Assembly (NCBI GenBank): GCA_964623315.1
Contig: CAZUSU010000031.1
Span: 1-40,861 of the forward strand
Direction of reading: 5' to 3'
Source of the DNA: an uncultured Gammaproteobacteria bacterium
GTDB taxonomy: Bacteria > Patescibacteriota > Patescibacteriia > Magasanikbacterales > 2-02-FULL-50-9b
Length of the DNA: 40,861 bases
The translations under genes were made by a program, and so were the position numbers. Positions 36,549-40,861 of the stretch are shown here, one piece after another. The notes below the pieces were generated by a model. That model had not been told where the DNA came from, did no database searches, and saw only the letters and a program-made list of their open reading frames with translations. Position 1 is the first letter of the stretch. The number at the start of each line of letters is the position of its first letter.

Positions 36549-37925
36549 TCATTGCTTTGTTTTTTTAGTATACATGACAACGGGCGATCCGATAAAGTTG
36601 AATTCGTTGCGCAGGGCGCGCTCCATAAATCGCAGGTACGCCGAGTTTAAACTGGTACGCGCTTTGACACTCACCTGAAATTCTGGCGGATCCGTGTTAA
36701 TCTGTTTTACCGCAAAAATTTTTGGTGGCGCATTGCCTATGCCACGGGTGGGGCGATGGCTGATGAGCAGTGTGCGTAAAAAAGCATCAAGAGTGTGGTC
36801 ATCTATACGAAGGTGACGCGCGCGGTACACCGCGAGGATAAGTTCGTACAGTTGATGCACTCGATAACCCGTTGAGGCAGAAATAAAAATGAGTGGCGCA
36901 TACGCGATGTGAGGATACGCGCTCTGCATCATGGTGGTGAATGCGGCGCGACCCGCATCGGTATTGTCCGGCGCAAGATCCCATTTGTTGACAACAATAA
37001 TAACACTCCTGCGTTTGCTTTCAATGAGGCGCGCGAGCGTTTTTTCTTGTGATGAAAACGGATCTGTTGCATCTACCATGAGCAGAACCACGTCTGATTG
37101 TTCCATGGTGTAAATACTTTGGGAAACGCCCGCCTTTTCTATGCGGTCCGTTACTTTATTACGGCGCCGTACGCCTGCGGTGTCCATAAATTCTATCGCA
37201 TGGGCGCCCCATGATACGAGCAGGTTGAACGTTTCGCGCGTGGTGTGTGCGATGGGCGACACAATAACACACGGCTCGCCGGCAATCTGATTTAACAACG
37301 TTGATTTCCCCACATTTGGTTTGCCTAAAATGGAAACGCGAATGGGTGCGTAATCCTTCATTTTTTTAGGACGGTGCGTGGCGCGATGCAGTTTTTTAAA
37401 CGCTTCATCAAGAAGGTCGCCTACACCGGCGCCGTTGGCGGCAGAAATGGGACGCGGCGTACCAAACCCCAATTTCAACCAATCGGCCTCATGTACGGCG
37501 TCGCGTTGGTCCGGCGCATCTGCTTTATTCATCACCGGAATGACCGGAATTTTTTTGCGTTGTAAAAATTTTGCAATCTCGCGCTCTTGGGGGAGTACGC
37601 CGTCATGCGCATCCATCACAAAAAAAACCAGATCAGCATCGGCGATAGCGCGTTCGGTCTGTGCAAGAATTTCCGTTTCAAACGGTTGTTTTTTGTGAAA
37701 TGTTAAGCCGCCGGCGTCAATGATGCGCGCTTGCACACCGCGCCACGTAAACGGCGCAATGTTGCGCGTGCGCGTGGTGCCCGGAATGTCGCTGACAATG
37801 GCGCGTCGCGATTCAACGATGCGGTTAAACAACGTTGATTTGCCGACATTAACCCGCCCAACCAAAGCGATGGATGGTAACAAGAGGTCAACAATGGTTG
37901 GCCGGCGTTCTACGGGGTTGGACAT
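36549..37925 (-). CDS. der: Ribosome-associated GTPase Der/EngA
   Basis: Two G domains (GRVNVGKSTLFN, GKPNVGKSTLLN) plus KH-like C-terminus. Confidence 0.95.
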   Translation of the reverse strand: MSNPVERRPTIVDLLLPSIALVGRVNVGKSTLFNRIVESRRAIVSDIPGTTRTRNIAPFTWRGVQARIIDAGGLTFHKKQPFETEILAQTERAIADADLVFFVMDAHDGVLPQEREIAKFLQRKKIPVIPVMNKADAPDQRDAVHEADWLKLGFGTPRPISAANGAGVGDLLDEAFKKLHRATHRPKKMKDYAPIRVSILGKPNVGKSTLLNQIAGEPCVIVSPIAHTTRETFNLLVSWGAHAIEFMDTAGVRRRNKVTDRIEKAGVSQSIYTMEQSDVVLLMVDATDPFSSQEKTLARLIESKRRSVIIVVNKWDLAPDNTDAGRAAFTTMMQSAYPHIAYAPLIFISASTGYRVHQLYELILAVYRARHLRIDDHTLDAFLRTLLISHRPTRGIGNAPPKIFAVKQINTDPPEFQVSVKARTSLNSAYLRFMERALRNEFNFIGSPVVMYTKKTKQ

Positions 37926-37927
37926 AT

Positions 37928-39373
37928 TTATTCGGCCAGATCAGTGACATTTTCGCCAAGGACAATGATAATATCCGGCTCAATGGCGGGTGGAATGCTT
38001 TGATCCGGCGACGGTGGCGGACGATGGAGTATCTCATCCGCATCGTAGCGTACTTTTAGTTTTTCAACAAGGGGGCGCTGGGTGTTGTTTGTGGCAAAAA
38101 TTTGTGCGCGCGGCGTGGGGCGCAGTGCCGCGTTACCAATGGTGACGACGTTTAATCCATCTTGCTCCAGCCGCGCTTTTTGGCGTGCGGCAAAACCCGG
38201 GCGCCACGTGCCGTTATGAAGTTCAATACGCGCCGTGCTTTTGGGTTCTGGCTTCAGCGGGAACTGTTCAATGACTCCTTGCACCGCGCGCGCGGTTTGT
38301 TCCTGAAAAATATTTTGCACCGCGTTATGAATTTGTTTTAATGAACTATCTTTTGGGCGTAAATAAAAGGCGCCATCGCTGTTGTCGGCGTACAACACGC
38401 TTGCCGGATCATCGGAGAACACAATGCTCGTGACGTTGTCCGTAGAAATATCTCGCGCGACACGGTACAGCTCCAAAACATCATTGAAACGGAAATTCGT
38501 CTGGATGTGCGTATCAAGCGTGTTCATTAATTTTGCAATGCGCGTGGGATGGATAACGGTACTGCCGGACATCAGACGGTCGCGCGCCGCAACGACCACT
38601 TTTTGTTGGCGTCGTGCGCGGGCAAAGTCAGATCCCTCAAAATTATTTCCATGACGCGAACGCGCGTAATCAAGCGCGGTTCTGCCATCCATCTTCTGCC
38701 ATCCTTTTGCAAAACCGACGGTGCGATAGCGGTAGGACTCGTTGGGAAATTCGTAATCAGTAAACGGACGGTCTACGTATAGATCAATGCCGCCAATATC
38801 ATCTATCATTTTTTCAAATCCGCGAAAATCAACGCGGGCGTAGTACGGAATGGTGACACCAAGAAACATTTCCAGCGCGCGGGTCGCCGCGGCGGCGCCA
38901 CTGCCAGAACGTTCAATTTCGGCATAGGCGTTCACCTCGTTTATTTTTTGATACCGGTAACCGCCGGGCACCAACACCACGGTGTCACGCGGAATGGAAA
39001 TGAGCGCGACCTGTTTGGTGCTCGGTTTGATGGACGCGAGCAGTATGGTGTCCGTGAGTTGCGACCCTTCATGACCCGCGCCGCCGATGCCGTACAGCGC
39101 AATGTTGATGCGGTCATCTTCATAACCCTTGAGCGGACGATTGGTAGAGGCGAACAGCGATTTAACGCGACCCCATACCGTGTCAGAATTGATGGTGGAT
39201 AATTCATCGGCGGAAGGGGGGGGAGGCACACTCGTTCCAAACACACGTGCGCCGGCGTATGCCGCGCCAGCCAGTCCGGCGCCAAACAGCAAACAGAAAA
39301 AGACGATTGAAATCATCTTTTTGCGGAGTGTTCCTTGATACGGAAATTGTGGTTCAAGAAAATTGACGTCCAT
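37928..39373 (-). CDS. LytR-CpsA-Psr (LCP) family cell-envelope phosphotransferase with LytR_C-like C-terminal domain
   Basis: N-terminal TM, INIALYGIGG...TDTILLASI...ISIPRDT LCP core. Confidence 0.88.
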   Translation of the reverse strand: MDVNFLEPQFPYQGTLRKKMISIVFFCLLFGAGLAGAAYAGARVFGTSVPPPPSADELSTINSDTVWGRVKSLFASTNRPLKGYEDDRINIALYGIGGAGHEGSQLTDTILLASIKPSTKQVALISIPRDTVVLVPGGYRYQKINEVNAYAEIERSGSGAAAATRALEMFLGVTIPYYARVDFRGFEKMIDDIGGIDLYVDRPFTDYEFPNESYRYRTVGFAKGWQKMDGRTALDYARSRHGNNFEGSDFARARRQQKVVVAARDRLMSGSTVIHPTRIAKLMNTLDTHIQTNFRFNDVLELYRVARDISTDNVTSIVFSDDPASVLYADNSDGAFYLRPKDSSLKQIHNAVQNIFQEQTARAVQGVIEQFPLKPEPKSTARIELHNGTWRPGFAARQKARLEQDGLNVVTIGNAALRPTPRAQIFATNNTQRPLVEKLKVRYDADEILHRPPPSPDQSIPPAIEPDIIIVLGENVTDLAE

Positions 39374-39381
39374 GAAATGAC

Positions 39382-39410
39382 AGTATACGTTGGCTCGTTT
39401 ATTTTTTCAA
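39382..39410 (-). promoter_or_regulatory. Candidate promoter of the LCP-der-pth-dprA-topA-rel operon, near-leaderless
   Basis: Minus strand TTGAAA (39410-39405), 17 nt, TATACT (39387-39382), 8 nt, ATG 39373. Confidence 0.5.
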
Positions 39411-39500
39411 TTATTGGTACGGCTTCCGTATAGGTTAGCCGTATGAGGTTGACGCACCGGCTAACCACCTGTGGACAAGTGGTGCTTGCATAATGCACAA

Positions 39501-39520
39501 ATATGAATTACAATTCATAT
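39501..39520. promoter_or_regulatory. Perfect 9-2-9 palindrome, candidate ArsR/SmtB-type operator
   Basis: ATATGAATT-AC-AATTCATAT with TGAA/TTCA half sites; overlaps possible -10 TATAAA 39518-39523. Confidence 0.5.
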
Positions 39521-39553
39521 AAAGGTCGGTGTTTTATTTTAACAAATTAACTT

Positions 39554-39703
39554 ATGCTCCATTGTACACTCACCAATACGGACATTGAGAAGTGCTGTTG
39601 CGAAAAGCGCGGCGACAAATTCCACTGCACACTTGCCGATAAAACGATTGACACCTGTTGCTGTGCGACGATTGAATCCGCGGATTGCTGTAAGAACACG
39701 TAA
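39554..39703 (+). CDS. Small cysteine-rich protein, 49 aa, two HCTL-x8-CCC repeats (not in the ORF track)
   Basis: ATG 39554 to TAA 39701-39703; 10 Cys and 2 His; the repeat units differ mainly by synonymous third-position changes in this frame; adjacent to an ArsR gene. Confidence 0.55.
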   Translation: MLHCTLTNTDIEKCCCEKRGDKFHCTLADKTIDTCCCATIESADCCKNT

Positions 39704-39765
39704 GGTTCTGGCACGCAGGCGAGCAAAAAAATAAATCTTGCTCGCCAATTCATATTATAAAAAAA

Positions 39766-40071
39766 ATTGACCTAGACAAGCCGCATCAATTCTTTTTTGA
39801 AACCCTCGGCAATCACGCGCGGTGGAATATTATTCATCTGCTCAAAAAAAATTCGCACCGAGTTACCGATATTGCCAAGAAACTGAAATTGGAGCAAAGT
39901 CTGGTATCTCATCACATAAAACGCCTTGAGACCTGCGGTTTTGTGAAAGTGGAAATAAACGGCACCGAAAGGATTTATCATCTCAACAAAGTGACCATCA
40001 GTCCTCTTTTGAAATTGGTAGACGGCCATGTCAATACCTTTTGTAAAAAAATCTGTTGCAAAGAACGATAA
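39766..40071 (+). CDS. ArsR/SmtB-family winged-helix regulator; 5' end uncertain (no ATG/GTG/TTG before helix 1)
   Basis: In-frame translation ...HQFFFETLGNHARWNIIHLLKKNSHRVTDIAKKLKLEQSLVSHHIKRLETCGFVKVEINGTERIYHLNK...CKKICCKER. The track ORF starts only at TTG 39889, in the middle of the HTH. Confidence 0.7.
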   Translation: MDLDKPHQFFFETLGNHARWNIIHLLKKNSHRVTDIAKKLKLEQSLVSHHIKRLETCGFVKVEINGTERIYHLNKVTISPLLKLVDGHVNTFCKKICCKER

Positions 40072-40202
40072 TCTGCATTTTGGTGGACGACACAGGGATC
40101 GCCTCCGCGCGAATCATATCGCGCGTCGGACCTGGGCTCGCGCGACACGACCTGCGTATACTTGGTCGTGCGCTCGCCCTTCGATCCCCGTGTACATAGC
40201 TT

Positions 40203-40240
40203 CCATAAAAAGAACCCGCTTTCGTGGGTTCTTTTTATGG
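40203..40240. terminator. Bidirectional-type hairpin terminator
   Basis: CCATAAAAAGAACCC / GGGTTCTTTTTATGG perfect 15 bp (17 with loop-closing pairs); A-rich left arm, T-rich right arm. Confidence 0.6.
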
Positions 40241-40593
40241 GCGATAATACAATCAGCGCGAACCGAATTTTCCGCCAAATGCGGACCAGCCTCTGGCCGA
40301 GAAAAAATTGATTGAGGAATTTTCCGAACTCGCCGCGCGGAGCAGTGGCGGGCGGCGGATTTTTTACCCCGCACCGAGCTTTGCTCTGGTGCGTGGGCCT
40401 TCCCCTTTAACCCCTTCCTCCGCCGCCTGAAAAATCCGCGCGGCGAGAAGCGATTTGCCACACTGAATTGGGGTGGGCGCGCCACTGATTGAACGTTCCG
40501 AATCGTTCTTTTTTGTTTTTCCGCGCCTTGCCATGACACACCCCGCGCGCGGCGCGGGTTTATGGAACTCCATTTGATTAGACCGGATTGCTA

Positions 40594-40622
40594 TTGACAT
40601 ATACTGGGAATTTTGCTTAAAT
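40594..40622 (+). promoter_or_regulatory. Candidate promoter for the terminal HTH gene
   Basis: TTGACA (40594-40599), 17 nt, TTAAAT (40617-40622); imperfect palindrome 40630-40649 downstream. Confidence 0.35.
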
Positions 40623-40682
40623 AGCAAGTCCAACCTATATTAGGATTGGATGAGGTTCAACCCTTTCACAAAGAGGAACAAA

Positions 40683-40861
40683 ATGCGTGATTACCACGGA
40701 CAGCGTCGCGAGCGGGAGCCGCTCGTGCGCGAGCTCTACGGTCTCGGACTCTCGGCTCGCGAGATCGCCGAGATTGCGAAGTGGAGCGAGGCAACGCTCG
40801 CGCAGGACATCCGGCGGTTCGGTGGCCCGAAAGCGTTCCCGAATCGTCCCAAGAAGGGCGA
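40683..40861 (+). CDS. Partial CDS (runs off the window), small HTH-like protein, GC-rich
   Basis: ATG 40683 with AGAGGA 5 nt upstream; MRDYHGQRREREPLVRELYGLGLSAREIAEIAKWSEATLAQDIRRF... open to the window end. Confidence 0.55.
   Translation, partial: MRDYHGQRREREPLVRELYGLGLSAREIAEIAKWSEATLAQDIRRFGGPKAFPNRPKKG

Noticed and set aside
39418-39466. Mutually exclusive hairpins (TACGGCT/AGCCGTA versus GGTTAGCCG/CGGCTAACC), resembling a riboswitch or attenuator
   Set aside because: They lie between the divergent candidate promoters (LCP -35 at 39405-39410 and the plus-strand -35 at 39494), so they are probably not transcribed. No known riboswitch consensus was recognised.
39539-39753. Two overlapping minus-strand ORFs of 68-69 aa from the track
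   Set aside because: They are antisense to the Cys-rich plus-strand ORF. The internal duplication differs mostly at positions that are synonymous only in the plus frame. One of them starts with TTG inside a hairpin. Neither has a recognisable motif or a ribosome-binding site.
39772-40029. 85-aa minus-strand ORF
   Set aside because: It is antisense to a clear ArsR-family winged-helix sequence on the plus strand.
40080-40200. The minus-strand reading ends in ...GTCGTCCACCA, suggesting a tRNA-like or tmRNA 3' end
   Set aside because: No T arm (GTTCRANYC) or acceptor pairing could be built, and there is no tag reading frame.
40028-40633. ORFs 40028-40315 (+), 40114-40539 (-) and 40364-40633 (-)
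   Set aside because: They are basic and low-complexity, cross the strong hairpin at 40203-40240 or overlap the ArsR 3' end, and have no motifs. A 56-aa sub-ORF from ATG 40534 (MARRGKTKKN...) cannot be supported.

Overview
This 40.9-kb window is a segment of a streamlined bacterial chromosome using the standard code (TAA, TAG and TGA all act as stops), packed almost entirely with housekeeping genes.

Plus strand:
- The 3' part of fusA.
- After a 2.9-kb opposite-strand insertion, tuf and a 13-kb S10-spc ribosomal-protein cluster: rpsJ-rplC-rplD-rplW-rplB-rpsS-rplV-rpsC-rplP-rpmC-rpsQ-rplN-rplX-rplE-rpsN(type Z)-rpsH-rplF-rplR-rpsE-rplO-secY-adk-map.
- This cluster has no rpmD (L30). It runs into ruvX-recO instead of infA-rpmJ-rpsM-rpsK-rpsD-rpoA-rplQ.
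- Further on: an ATCase-like pyrB, asnS, hicBA, two lipoproteins, an aspS lacking the GAD insertion, scpAB, a PBP5-type carboxypeptidase and parAB.

Minus strand:
- tRNA-Ser(GGA) and tRNA-Leu(CAA)-tRNA-Met(CAU).
- A tightly packed 8-kb operon: LCP-der-pth-dprA-topA-rel.

The missing L30, trimmed enzymes, extended r-proteins and native genes without Shine-Dalgarno sites (some nearly leaderless) fit a Patescibacteria/CPR-like genome. That placement is inference.

Small GC-rich islets sit in this backbone at about 1.6-2.5 kb, 18.4-20.3 kb, 28.7-29.5 kb and 40.1 kb to the end. Their genes carry strong Shine-Dalgarno sites, and most are flanked by hairpin terminators. One AT-rich DUF218 gene lies beside a tRNA-Ser locus containing tRNA-derived fragments.

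Most interesting observations:
- An unannotated 49-aa tandem-repeat Cys-rich ORF, preceded by an ArsR/SmtB-like 9-2-9 palindrome and followed by an ArsR-family gene with no canonical start codon.
- A roughly 150-nt multi-stem element after fusA.
- The split between two translation-initiation signal types (native genes versus islet genes).
- The tRNA-Ser repeat modules.
- An attenuator-like hairpin between rpsJ and rplC.

I saw no rRNA, CRISPR array, transposase or integrase.
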